Shown here: positions 43,233 to 54,800 of the stretch, in pieces
How the letters are laid out: every line of letters begins with the position of its first letter
How positions within the stretch are numbered: position 1 is the stretch's first letter
Assembly (NCBI GenBank): GCA_951406725.2
Contig: OX597842.1
Span: 11,160,001 to 11,224,000 of the forward strand
Direction: 5' to 3'
DNA length: 64,000 nt
From: Octopus vulgaris
Taxonomy: Eukaryota
Notes under the pieces: generated by a model
The model's database searches: none
Told to the model about the DNA's origin: nothing
What the model saw: only the letters and a program-made list of their open reading frames with translations
Translations under genes and position numbers: made by a program

Positions 43233-44535
43233 GATACAGAGATTAAAGAACAAATGATATTAAAGAGGTTAAATATAAACGATAATACGAAGATTAAAGT
43301 ACACATTATAATACAGAGCGAGAAGTACAAACGACGGTACAAGGGGTAATATAGAGGATAAAGTACAAACAATAATGCAGAGAATAAAGTACATGCGACA
43401 CTAAAGAGGATAAAGTACCCACCATAAAGCGACATATCTTTAAATACTCTAAACTAAAACAGAAAATGTTTTGGCTTTGCTGCAGAAAACCAATGACGTG
43501 ACACAAGGAACTAAAACAATAATCTTAGCCATTACTTGTAGGTAATGGCTAAGCCTATGCCAAGCTTTCGCTAGCTCTTCGTAGATTCCTGTGTAGTTCT
43601 GGACAGCGACTGACATCTCTACTTCTTGATGCTTAACCCTAGGATGTATTGCGGTCTGAATTATGTTGGCTGTTGTGGTCGAGTTGAGGAAGTGACTGAA
43701 CAACACCCGTGAACATTTAACAAGAGAGTTTATTGTCGCATATAAAGACAAGCTGCGTTGGCCTTTTACAGCAATGATTACATACTGGGAGAGACATTCC
43801 GATAGAGTTTACGTTCATACTGGGCGAGTTTACAACAAGCTATTGATACCGGCAACATGCTGATTCCTAGCCATAACTGGAAACCATTTTGTTATACTCG
43901 TGGTCAGGAAGGTTCCAGTCATCTATCAGCACCATCTACTTTAACTGTATTCTTGCGTCGTCTGGCTGGTAAAAATATGCGCTGAACGGTTTTTATGGAG
44001 GACCGGAAGTTGAATACGGGAATGCTCGAGGAAATGCATCCACGCCATTGCTTTACGCGAGTGTTCGGTTAATAAACCGACCACGTGAAACTATGGTGGT
44101 TTGCTCGTGATGTCTAACTGCGTATCCAGGATTTCGGTGTCGAATGACAGCTGCAAAAGCATTGCAGATATGATAAATTGAGAAACAGAGAGGATCCCCC
44201 CACCACTAGTACTAGACTTATGCATCCCCTTGCTCTGTCATTTATAGGTGATAAGATTTTGGGAAATTAATTAGGGACGAGGTTCAAATTCCGGTTTTAT
44301 TATTTACTTTTACTTATTTCGGATATTGGACAGTGGCCATGTTGGGGGCACCGCCTTCAAGGATTTACTCCAACAGTCCTACCCTGGTCTCTGCTTGCAA
44401 GTCTGGTATTGCCGAGCCACTAAATAGCTGGAATGTAAACAGACCAACACCGATCGCCAAGGCGTGTGAGGACAACGAACAAACATACACACAGAGAGAC
44501 ACATACGCACACAGACATACATATTTATGTATATT

Positions 44536-44601
<66 letters not shown>

Positions 44602-44732
44602 GATGATTAAATTACAACAGTTATTATAGTCCATAGTTGTTATTATAGTGCACTGTTGTGCCATTCAAGACACTTTATATTTTTACAAACAATACACAAT
44701 GCTTCAAGCGAACTACAATACTCTCCTATATA

Positions 44733-44768
<36 letters not shown>

Positions 44769-44797
44769 CATAAATAGATAGATAGATAGATAGATAT

Positions 44798-44886
<89 letters not shown>

Positions 44887-45189
44887 CAGAGAGAGAGAGA
44901 GAGTGAAAGAAAGAGAGAGAGAGAGAGAGGAGAGTATGATAGTTAATCATTATTGTGGTTCTGAAGGCGGTGATCTGGCAGAATCGTTAGCACATCGGGC
45001 AAAATGTTTAGCGTTATATTGTCCGTCCATTCCCGTTCTGAGTTCAAACTCTGCGAAGGTCGACCTTGCCTACTGCTGGCCTTGCGTCAAAATTTGAAAA
45101 CATGAAAGGCGGCGAACTGGCGGTATCTTTAGCACGCTGGTGAACACGCTTAGCGGGATTTCGTTCAAATTCCACCCAGGTAGACTTTG

Positions 45190-45790
45190 CCATTTGATTC
45201 GACGGTCATTCGGAATGCTCACAGCAGCCATATTCCTACCGCTCTATGTCACGCTGGTGAGACCCATATTGGAGTACGGGATTCAAGCCTCTTCTCCTTA
45301 TCTCCTCAACGACATACAGCATCTCGAAAGAGTCCAGAAGCTGGCTACCCGCATGGTTCTTGGTCTCAAGAATTTGTCTTATGAAGAAAGGCTGAAGACG
45401 CTCGACCTTTATTCTCTAGAAAAACGACGACGCCGTGGAGATCTCATTCTTGCTCACAACATCATAAGCGGAAAGTGTAACCTCTCGAAAGAGCTGTTCT
45501 TCACTCCTGCTCCAGAGCGTCGGCTACGGGGTCACTCCGAAAAGCTCTATCTGCGACGATTTCATCTCAATCGAAGGAGAGGGGATTTCTCCGTCCGTGT
45601 TGCGCATCCGTGGAATAAGCTGCCGGACGAGATAGTGAAGATGCCGATGACCGCTCGGTTCAAAGTCTCCCTTGACCACAAGTGGCCCGAACTCTTTACA
45701 TGAACACCACCCTGTACATAACTCCATGTCCCCCTACATGGCCTTGCTTTTTTGCTTTTTGAGCCAAATATTAACTAACTAACTAACTAA
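45190..45790 (+). mobile_element. CR1-type LINE 3' fragment with (TAAC)n tail, inserted in a SINE B (45108-45870)
   Basis: LYVTLVRPILEYG...LERVQKLATRMV.GL..LSYEERL..LDLYSLEKRRRRGDLI...RGHSEKL...WNKLP and tail TAACTAACTAACTAA. Confidence 0.9.
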
Positions 45791-46309
45791 GTACCAGCTA
45801 AACGCTGGGGATCGGTATAAACAGTTTACCCCTCCCCCAAAACTGCTGGTCTTGTGACAAAATCTGAAACCACTATAACTATTGCTATTTTTCAACAGAA
45901 GCTGCAAGGTTTCGAACTACACCTGCGAACTGACTTCAAGTTTTCCGTTGAAATAGGCCAAACCCCAGCGAAATTTTTATCTCCTGTATAGAGGCCGATA
46001 AAATCCGTTTAAGGGTTTATTTATTCTTAGCTGTAATGAAACTAACCTGGCACTGAAAAACACTGTATTTTTGCTGTCTCAGAATCAAAATAAACACCGG
46101 ACAGCTTCGTCCCATCAAAGAATGCCTCAACGCTTCTAGTTGGCTCTATTCCAACTCTTCAATATGTCAGTAAGTAAACTCCAATACATAGACTATTAAG
46201 CTAGCTGTATGTCCTTCCCTTTCGCCCCCTCTCCCCTTCTCTGTCTTTCTTTCTCTTTCTTTCTGTCTCTCTCCTTCTCTTATTCTCTGTCTCTCTCATT
46301 CTCACACAA

Positions 46310-46385
<76 letters not shown>

Positions 46386-46611
46386 TCACTGATGTCTGCA
46401 TTGTCAGAGCCTTCCGAACAAACTGCTCGGTCAAAGGCTGCCAATCGCAAGTTCCGCAACACGAACGGCAGGAAATTTCAAGGGTCACCAGCAAAGAACG
46501 CCTGGGCTCGCGAACAGGTAGTGCGGGCAGTGACAGAAGGGGAAGGGGTAATCTCTCTATACCACACGGTTCCAGGTTCAGTACCACTGCGTGACGCCTT
46601 GAGCAAATGTC

Positions 46612-47028
46612 TTCTGTTTCTTTACTACCCACAAGGGGCTAAACACAGAGGGGACAAACAAAGACAGACAAATGGATTAAGTCGATTACATCGAGCCCAG
46701 TGCGTAACTGGTACTTAATTTATCGACCCCGAAAGGATGAAAGGCAAAGTCGACCTCGACGGAATTTGAACTCAGAACGTAACGGCAGACGAAATACCTA
46801 TTTCTTTATTATCCACAACGGGCCAAACACAGAGGGGACAAACAAAGACAGACAAATGGATTAAGTCGATTACATCGAGCCCAGTGCGTAACTGGTACTT
46901 ATTTTATCGACCCCGAAAGGATGAAAGGCAAAGTCGACCTCGGCGGAATTTGAACCCACAACGTAACGCAGACGAAATACCGCTAAGCATTTCGCCCGGC
47001 GTGCTATCGTGTCTGCCAGCTCGCCGCC
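46612..47028 (-). mobile_element. SINE family B (internal dimer) nested in a diverged SINE A head (46555-47120, +)
   Basis: Family B motifs. SINE A sequence GCCTTGAGCAA(A/G)TGTCTTCTG is duplicated on both sides. Confidence 0.88.
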
Positions 47029-47118
47029 TTCGCCTTGAGCAAGTGTCTTCTGCTACAGCTTCAGGCCGACCAAAGTCTTGTGAACAGATTTGGTAGATGG
47101 AAATTGAAAGAAGCCCAT

Positions 47119-47172
<54 letters not shown>

Positions 47173-47334
47173 TAGAAAAAAACACATTGTATCAATTGAA
47201 TTATGAAAAATTAAATTATACCATTTATATTTTTTATAGAAAGATTACATATAACAATGATTAAGTAATGTACAAAATAATAAATAAAACGTAATATTAT
47301 TATCATCATCATCATTATTATTTTAATAATTATA

Positions 47335-47384
<50 letters not shown>

Positions 47385-47385
<1 letters not shown>

Positions 47386-47642
47386 TAGGTTGGTCCATAA
47401 TTATTGCGGTTTTTTTCTCAACAGATTTTATTTAAAAATAAACAATAACAACCTATAACAAAATCAGCTTTAAATGATTATTCCGGAGCATATTCACCAT
47501 CTACTTCAATTACTGCTTCGCATTTGCCTTGGTAGACGGTCAGACCGTCATTTAAAGATGTTTTTTTGTTAAATATTGTTATTGTTTTTGTTGAATAAAA
47601 TTTGTTGAAAAGAAGGCAATAGTTAATTATGCACCAATCCAA
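47385..47642. mobile_element. Mariner-derived MITE (about 260 bp)
   Basis: TIR TTAGGTTGGTCCATAATTATTGCGG / TAATTATGCACCAATCCAA. An internal remnant of the transposase C-terminus (EAVIEVDGEY) is on the minus strand. Second copy at 54801-55042. Confidence 0.85.
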
Positions 47643-48164
47643 TTTATATATGTGTGTGTGTGTGTGTGTGTGTACATATTCTTTTACTCTTTTATTCTTT
47701 GACTTCTTTCAGACATTTGACTGCGGCCATACTGGAGCACCGCCTTTTGTCGAACAAATCGACCTCGGGACTTGTGCCCGCATCCTCTGCCATCCTCCAC
47801 GCCTCTTCCAAAACCTTATTGAGTTCCGTGTTAGCGTTGCCCGGGTACAAGCGATTGAGTTTCTCCAGTTCAAACGTCACGTCGAACATCGTGGCCTCCA
47901 CAGCTATCTGCGGGGGCCATTCGGGGTCCTGTGTGAAGGCTGAAGGTGCTCCTTTATGGTGCTTTTCCATCACCTTTTCAATCTTTCCGCCCCTATGGAA
48001 GAAGATCAATACATCGTCTTTCCCCTGGGAGATGTGTGTGTTTATATACATGTATATGTATATATTTATATGTGTGTGTATACGTGTGCATGGAGAAATA
48101 TGTATACACAGATACGTATACACACCCACCCACATAAACATACATTTACATATTTATACATATG

Positions 48165-50715
48165 ACATCACTTGAACAGAGACAGACAGAGTCCTTGTTG
48201 GCTCTCACACGCAAGTTTTTCATGGAGCAAGCAGTGCTTTGGCCAACAAGAGGTGAGAATGTCTTGGACCTCTGTTTCACAAGCAACCCGATGCTCATCC
48301 ACAACATAATGGTAACACCAACAATTCTCTCAGATCACAACTTAGTAGAGGTAATGATATATGGTATGAGAGAGTTAGTTGAGACGCAGCCATTAGAAAA
48401 TACCACAGGCCTATCCAGTCTAAACTTCCATAAGGCAAACTGGAAGAAGATCAACGAAGAGATCCGAAAACATGACTGGAGTGACTTCATCACCACACAA
48501 GACACCAACACACATTTCCAACATTTCATGACAACAATACAGAACATATGCCATAAGTTTGTCCCGGAGAAAAAGCCAGCGGGCATAGGAACGTTATTCC
48601 CAGAGACAGGAAAATACTTATGAGGCGAAGAGCTAAGCTCTCGAAGCAACTGAACGCACGGCAGAGAAACAATGAGGGACTCCACCTGAAACTTTTTGAA
48701 ACGGAAACTGCACTCAAACTTTCCTATGAGAAGGAGAGGGCAGAGAGAGAAGCCAGGGCCATAGAGAATATTAAAACAAACCCTAAAGCCTTCTTTAAAT
48801 TTGCGAAAGAAACCACCTCGGTACACTGCAAGATTGGCCCACTCTTTGATAAAAAGGGCTCTCTAACTGAGGACCCCCAAGGGATAAGTGAAATACTAAA
48901 GGAACAGTATAAAAGTGTGTTCACATCCACTCTGGGGCACATGCAAATCACAAACCCAGAGGTTTTCTTTGATGCCACAACACTCCAAAACCAAACAACA
49001 ACCATCGACCACATAGACATAACAGAGAGGGATGTAATATCTGCCATAGAAGAAATGAGAATAAACTCAGCTGCTGGACCAGATGGATTCCCAGCAGTCC
49101 TCCTAAAAGCATGCAGGCATGCCCTAGCGGGACCACTGAAGAAGCTCTTCAGTGGTTCCTTGGCTAACGGTAAACTGCCCAGGGCGCTAAAAGAAGGCGC
49201 CATATGCCCTATCCACAAAGGAGGGAGTAGAGCAGAGGCCAAAAACTACAGGCCAGTCTCCCTGACGTCACACATAAGTAAGGTCATGGAACGAATCGTC
49301 AGAAAAAAACTGATCACGTTCCTCGAAGAAACTAACCGTCTCACTGACACACAGCATGGCTTTCGCCCAGGAAGAAGCTGCCTTACGCAGCTGTTACAAC
49401 ACTACGACTGGGTACTGAAACAACTACTGGATCGCTCACAGGTGGATGTGGTATATCTCGACTTTGCGAAGGCCTTTGACAAAGTCGACCACGGAGTGAT
49501 ATGTCACAAATTACTCAGACTCGGCATAACAGGAAAAGTAGGTGAGTGGATACATGACTTCCTGAAGGACAGAAGCCAGATGGTTGCAGCCAATGGAGCC
49601 CTCTCGGGAAAGACACCAATAGCAAGCGGGGTGCCACAGGGCACAGTCTTGGGACCCTTGCTGTTTTTGGTGGCGCTCTCTGACATGCCCTTGGTAGCAC
49701 AAACAACATCCCTCACTAGCTATGCTGATGACACAAAGGTAGCACAGGCAATCAAAAACCCAGCTGATGCTGACCTTTTACAACAAGATCTGGATGCCAT
49801 ATACAAATGGGCTGAAGACAACAACATGCAATTTAATGCTGGTAAATTTCAAGCCTTACAATATCAAGCTGTAAACACATATACATTACAACACAACTAT
49901 ACTGGTCCAGGAGGGATCGAAATCCCAGTATCGAAATCAATACGGGACCTGGGGATAGACATGAGTGACGATGCATCTTTTTCTTCACACATCGCGAAGG
50001 TGGCGACAATGTGCAGACGACTCACTGGCTGGATCCTGAGGACATTCCGGACAAGAGACTGCGAGACCATGTTGACACTATGGAGGACATTTGTCCTAAG
50101 CCGCCTGGACTACTGCTCCCAACTGTGGTCACCGCATAGTGTCAAACTAACCACAGAGCTTGAGACAATCCAAAGACATTTCACCAAGAGGATTTCCACC
50201 ATGAAAGAAAAGAACTATTGGGAGAGGCTTAGGGAACTCAATTTGTACTCCTTGGAACGAAGACGAGAGAGATATGCAGTGATATACATATGGAAAATCC
50301 TGGAGGGACTAGCACCAAATTTTGGAATTGAGAGCTGTTCCAATCCCCGTACAGGACGTCACTGTGTGGTGCCAAAGGTCCCGTCTTCCACATCCAGGGT
50401 AAGGAGCAGATACTGTAATAGCCTGGGGTTCAGGGGCCCTCAGCTTTTCAACAAACTGCCAAGAAAACTAAGAGATCTACATGATGCGGATGTGGACATT
50501 TTCAAAAAACATCTAGACAAGCTGCTTTCCGGGATCCCAGATGAACCCACTGCAAGGTACGAAGGTAACCTAAGGGCAGCAGCTACAAACTCTCTCTTAG
50601 ATCAGTGGCCAGCCACGGCAAACTGGACTTAGAGAGGGTAGCAACAAGGGCGGTGCCCCAGCATGGCCTCAGCCGGATGGCTGAAACAAGTAAAAGGGTA
50701 AAAGAGTAAAAGAGT
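48165..50715 (+). mobile_element. 5'-truncated CR1/L2-group LINE, about 2.55 kb
   Basis: APE endonuclease C-terminus (PTRGENVLDL..., SDHNLV), an RT ORF, and a 3' UTR ending CTGAAACAAGTAAAAGGGTAAAAGAGTAAAAGAG. Confidence 0.95.
48620..50632 (+). CDS. LINE ORF2 reverse transcriptase region (670 aa open frame)
   Basis: SAAGPDG, NYRPVSLTS, QHGFRPGRSC, YLDFAKAFDKV, GVPQGTVLGPLLF, YADD, RDLG. Joined to the upstream EN frame by a single frameshift near 48570. Confidence 0.93.
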   Translation: MRRRAKLSKQLNARQRNNEGLHLKLFETETALKLSYEKERAEREARAIENIKTNPKAFFKFAKETTSVHCKIGPLFDKKGSLTEDPQGISEILKEQYKSVFTSTLGHMQITNPEVFFDATTLQNQTTTIDHIDITERDVISAIEEMRINSAAGPDGFPAVLLKACRHALAGPLKKLFSGSLANGKLPRALKEGAICPIHKGGSRAEAKNYRPVSLTSHISKVMERIVRKKLITFLEETNRLTDTQHGFRPGRSCLTQLLQHYDWVLKQLLDRSQVDVVYLDFAKAFDKVDHGVICHKLLRLGITGKVGEWIHDFLKDRSQMVAANGALSGKTPIASGVPQGTVLGPLLFLVALSDMPLVAQTTSLTSYADDTKVAQAIKNPADADLLQQDLDAIYKWAEDNNMQFNAGKFQALQYQAVNTYTLQHNYTGPGGIEIPVSKSIRDLGIDMSDDASFSSHIAKVATMCRRLTGWILRTFRTRDCETMLTLWRTFVLSRLDYCSQLWSPHSVKLTTELETIQRHFTKRISTMKEKNYWERLRELNLYSLERRRERYAVIYIWKILEGLAPNFGIESCSNPRTGRHCVVPKVPSSTSRVRSRYCNSLGFRGPQLFNKLPRKLRDLHDADVDIFKKHLDKLLSGIPDEPTARYEGNLRAAATNSLLDQWPATANWT

Positions 50716-50896
50716 ATATTATATATACGTGTATATGTATACATACACACATACACACACATATGTATATTTATATATATGTGTATTATATATATATATA
50801 TATATGTGTATATATATATACATACATACACATACACACACACATATATATTATGTATCATATGTCTATTTATATATATGTATATTATATATACGT

Positions 50897-50945
<49 letters not shown>

Positions 50946-51059
50946 GAGTATAGAAATTCGGGGTGAGTACTTGATAATTATAAGCACCTGTGTATACCGT
51001 TTGGTGGTGTAGGTGGTGGAGTAAATTGATCAAAATAAAAACATGATGCGAAGGATTCA

Positions 51060-51137
51060 GCGGTACATATGTTTCGGGCCTTTATTAGACAGATTTATAA
51101 CAAAGCATAATGTATGTCTGTGGCCTTCTTCAGCCGC
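51060..51137 (-). ncRNA. Type I hammerhead motif (left arm)
   Basis: Minus strand: gcgg-CTGAAGA-aggcc...ggccc-GAAAC-atat-GTA-ccgc. Confidence 0.65.
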
Positions 51138-51192
51138 ACAACAGCTTCCACAAGGACATGTGTTACACATGTCCTTGTGGAAGCTGTTGTGC

Positions 51193-51270
51193 GCGGCTGA
51201 AGAAGGCCACAGACATACATTATGCATTGTTATAAATCTGTCTAATAAAGGCCCGAAACATATGTACCGC
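51193..51270 (+). ncRNA. Type I hammerhead motif (right arm)
   Basis: gcgg-CTGAAGA-aggcc-acaga...tctgt...ggccc-GAAAC-atat-GTA-ccgc. Confidence 0.65.
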
Positions 51271-51303
51271 TGAATCCTTCGCATCATGTTTTTATTTTGA
51301 TCA

Positions 51304-51342
<39 letters not shown>

Positions 51343-51426
51343 ATTATATATACAGGTGGTGCTCCAGCATGGCTGCAGTTAAATGACTGAAACAAATAAA
51401 AGATTATATTAAAGTGTATATATATG

Positions 51427-51473
<47 letters not shown>

Positions 51474-51561
51474 ATGTGCATGTATGCATGTGTATATATA
51501 CATAGATATAAGTATACATATATATATATATATACGCATGTATATATGTATATATATATGG

Positions 51562-51602
<41 letters not shown>

Positions 51603-51746
51603 GATGTATGTATGTATATATATATACATATACATAAGTGTATATATATGTGTGTATGCATGCATGTATCTATGTATATATATATATATATATATATACA
51701 TATATATATGTGTGTGTGTGCGTATACGTTTGTATATTTATATATA

Positions 51747-51778
<32 letters not shown>

Positions 51779-51873
51779 ACCTTGACTGTATAATTTGATG
51801 TATATTAATGTTCAGTGTGGCTGACGTGTTGAAAGCTAGTGAAAGCTTACACGCACACTGGTGCTCATGCATA

Positions 51874-51909
<36 letters not shown>

Positions 51910-52313
51910 TACACACTCGCACTCACACACAAACACACACACAAACATGAGCAGATCTATTATACAATAGGAAACTACAGAGGGCGCTGCTGCTCTAGCG
52001 CGCTGCTGGATTAATCTGTCCGTCTGAAGAATCACCGAAAGAAAAAAAATCGATATTCGATGATTGTCTGCGATCAGCTGACGTCGATGCAGCGCGTGGT
52101 GGTGTCGTCGTCGTCGGCGGCGGCGGCGGTGGTGGACATGATTGAATGGCGATAGAGCTGGGCGGCTGTTAATGTTGTATGTTCTTATTCCCTCTTCGCC
52201 TGAGTTCTTCATTTTTCTCGAATATTCCTCCCTTCGCACGCCTTTCTCTGCGACTCTCTTCACACTCTGTGTCGCTCCATTCCTTCTCCTGTTTAATATC
52301 TATATGTATATGC

Positions 52314-52430
<117 letters not shown>

Positions 52431-52523
52431 TACATACATACATATATATGCACGTAGATATGTAATTTTATACATAGATATACATATATTGTATGAATAT
52501 ATGTAATTGTATACATATGTATA

Positions 52524-52578
<55 letters not shown>

Positions 52579-52605
52579 ACATATATTTGTATGCATTTAT
52601 GTAAC

Positions 52606-52639
<34 letters not shown>

Positions 52640-52670
52640 GGCGTATATATATATAGGCGTATATAAATTT

Positions 52671-53265
52671 AGGCGTAGTAGTGGCTGTGTGGTAAGTAGC
52701 TTGTTTACCAACCACATGGTTCTGGGTTCAGTCCCACTGTGTGGCACCTTGGGCAAGTGTCTTCTACTAAAGCCTCGGGTCGACCAAAGCCATGTGAGTG
52801 GATTTGGTAAACGGAAACTGAAAGAAGCCCGTCGTATGTATGAATATATATATACATATATATATGTGTGCGTGTGTGTTTGTGTATGTGTGTGTATTTT
52901 TCTGTGTTTGTGTTGGTCCGTCTACCGCTTGACAACCGACATTGGTGTGTCTACATCCCCGTAACTTAGCGGTTCGGCTACAGACACCGGTAGATTAGGC
53001 TTACAAAAGAATAAATCTTCAGGTCGATTTTTTCGACAAAAGGCGTTGCTCCAACATGGCCGTAAGCAAATGACCGAAGCAAATGAAAAGAATACGGGAC
53101 CAGCATCTCTACGTCCTGAGTTCAAATTCCGCCGTGGCCGGCTCCTCCTTTCATCCTTTCGGGGTCGATCAATGAAGTACCAGTTGAGCACTTGGATCTA
53201 TTTAGTCAACTTAGCCCCCACCCCGCTCCTAAATCTGCTGCCTTTGTGTCAAAATTTTAAACCAT
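52671..53265 (+). mobile_element. Older SINE A (52671-53090) followed by a SINE B fragment (53105-53265)
   Basis: Diverged matches to both families. Confidence 0.85.
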
Positions 53266-53289
53266 TAATGGATCAGAATATGAGCGTTG

Positions 53290-53945
53290 GAGTATCTTTG
53301 ATCATAGGTCTCTCTGGATCAGGAATGACCTGGGGTTAAGCAACAACTGTTTGATCATAGGTCTGTGTGGGTCAGGACTGACCTGGGGCTAAACAACAAC
53401 AGCTACAGCCACTAATACTAACTCCTATACCATACATTAGATAATGTAGTCCCAGATACACTATGTCTGACAAAAAGACGGGATGGTCACAGGTGGAACG
53501 TCTTTGATCATTGTTCTGTCTGATCCAGGACTGACCTGGTGCTAAACAACACAAACAATAACAACTATAGCCACTAATACTAACTCCTGTACTATACATT
53601 AGATAATGTAGTCCTAGATACACTATGCCTGCATGACAGATGCGATGGTCACAGATGGAACATCACTTATCATCCGTCTGTCTGAATCAGGACTGACCTG
53701 GGGCTAATCCACTAATACTAATTGCTATACTATACATTAGATAATGTAGTTCTAGATACACTATGCCTGAATAGAAGATGGGATGGTCACAGCTGAAATG
53801 TCTTTGGTCATAGGTCTGTCTGGATCAGGACTGACCTAGGGCTAAGCAACAACTATAGCTACTAACTCCTGTACTATACATTAGATAATGTAGTCCTTGA
53901 TACACTATGCCTCAATAAACGGCGTGATGGTCACGGCTGGAACGA
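53290..53945 (+). repeat. Tandem array of about 4-5 degenerate units of about 140-165 bp
   Basis: Recurrent ACTATACATTAGATAATGTAGTCCTAGATACACTATG...GATGGTCACAG...TCAGGACTGACCTGGGGCTAAACAACAAC. Confidence 0.85.
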
Positions 53946-54220
53946 TTTAATGATGTGTGACTAATCCGGTACTACACTGATAGTATATTTTATCGACCCA
54001 TGAAGAGGTCAAGTCTAATCTCAACGCGATTTCAATTCAGAGGATGACGAATATATATAAATGTGTGTCTATATGTTTCTAACCAGTATGCAAGACATAG
54101 CAACCGAATTTTTAAACGCAGCCCGGATGTCTTTAAAACGAAAAACATTTATTGGTTTGGTGCATAATTATCGCGGCTTATTTTTTTTTCAACAAATTTT
54201 ATTCAGCAAAAACAATAATA

Positions 54221-54792
54221 ACCGATGCAGGTGTGTTTACGTCCCCGTAACTTAACGGTTCGGCGAAAGATACCGATAGAATAAGTGGTGGAAGCACTCC
54301 GTCGGTTACGACGATGAGGGTTCCGGTTGATCCGAATCAACGGAACAGCCTGCTCGTGAAATTAACGTGCAAGTGGCTGAGCACTCCACAGACACGTGTA
54401 CCCTTAACGTAGTTCTCGGGGATATTCAGCGTGACACAGAGAGTGACAAGGCCGGCCCTTTGAAATACAGGTACAACAGAAACAGGAAGTAAGAGTGAGA
54501 GAAAGTTGTGGTGAAAGAATACAGCAGGGATCACCACCATCCCCTGCCGGAGCCTCGTGGAGCTTTTAGGTGTTTTCGCTCAATAAACACTCACAACGCC
54601 CGGTTTGGGAATCGAAACCGCGATCCTATGACCGCGAGTCCGCTGCCCTAACCACTGGGCCATTGCGCCTCCACGAATGAATAAGTACTAGGCTTACAAA
54701 GAATAAGTCCTGGGGTCGATTTGCTCGACTAAAACGCGGTGCTCCAGGATGGCCACAGTAAAATGACTGAAACAAGTAAAAGATTAAAAGAG
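54221..54792 (+). mobile_element. SINE A 3' half interrupted by SINE C
   Basis: ...ACCGATAGAATAAGT [insert] GAATAAGTACTAGGCTTAC... Confidence 0.9.
54287..54678 (-). mobile_element. SINE family C, tail variant 3, with 8-bp TSD
   Basis: Minus-strand head GGAGGCGCAATGGCCCAGTGGTTAGGGC...GGTTTCGATTCCC. TSD GAATAAGT at 54279-54286 and 54679-54686. Confidence 0.92.
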
Positions 54793-54800
54793 TATATATA

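Larger units (their letters stand above)
51022..51308. repeat. 287-bp near-perfect palindrome with a hammerhead motif on each strand
   Basis: Arms 51022-51163 and 51165-51308, with a 1-nt centre, 1 mismatch and one 2-nt indel. Confidence 0.95.

Noticed and set aside
46385-46555. GC-rich 170-bp island, open on both strands
   Set aside because: No recognisable protein motif or convincing pair of splice sites, so it is not called as an exon.
51043-51287. Two 76-aa ORFs with near-identical N-termini on opposite strands
   Set aside because: A direct consequence of the palindrome, not genes.
52024-52040. CTGAAGA...GAAA possible hammerhead
   Set aside because: No stem II, stem III, GUH or stem I partner.
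53290-53945. CRISPR-like appearance of the tandem array
   Set aside because: Whole units are homologous with no unique spacers, the context is eukaryotic, and there are no cas genes.
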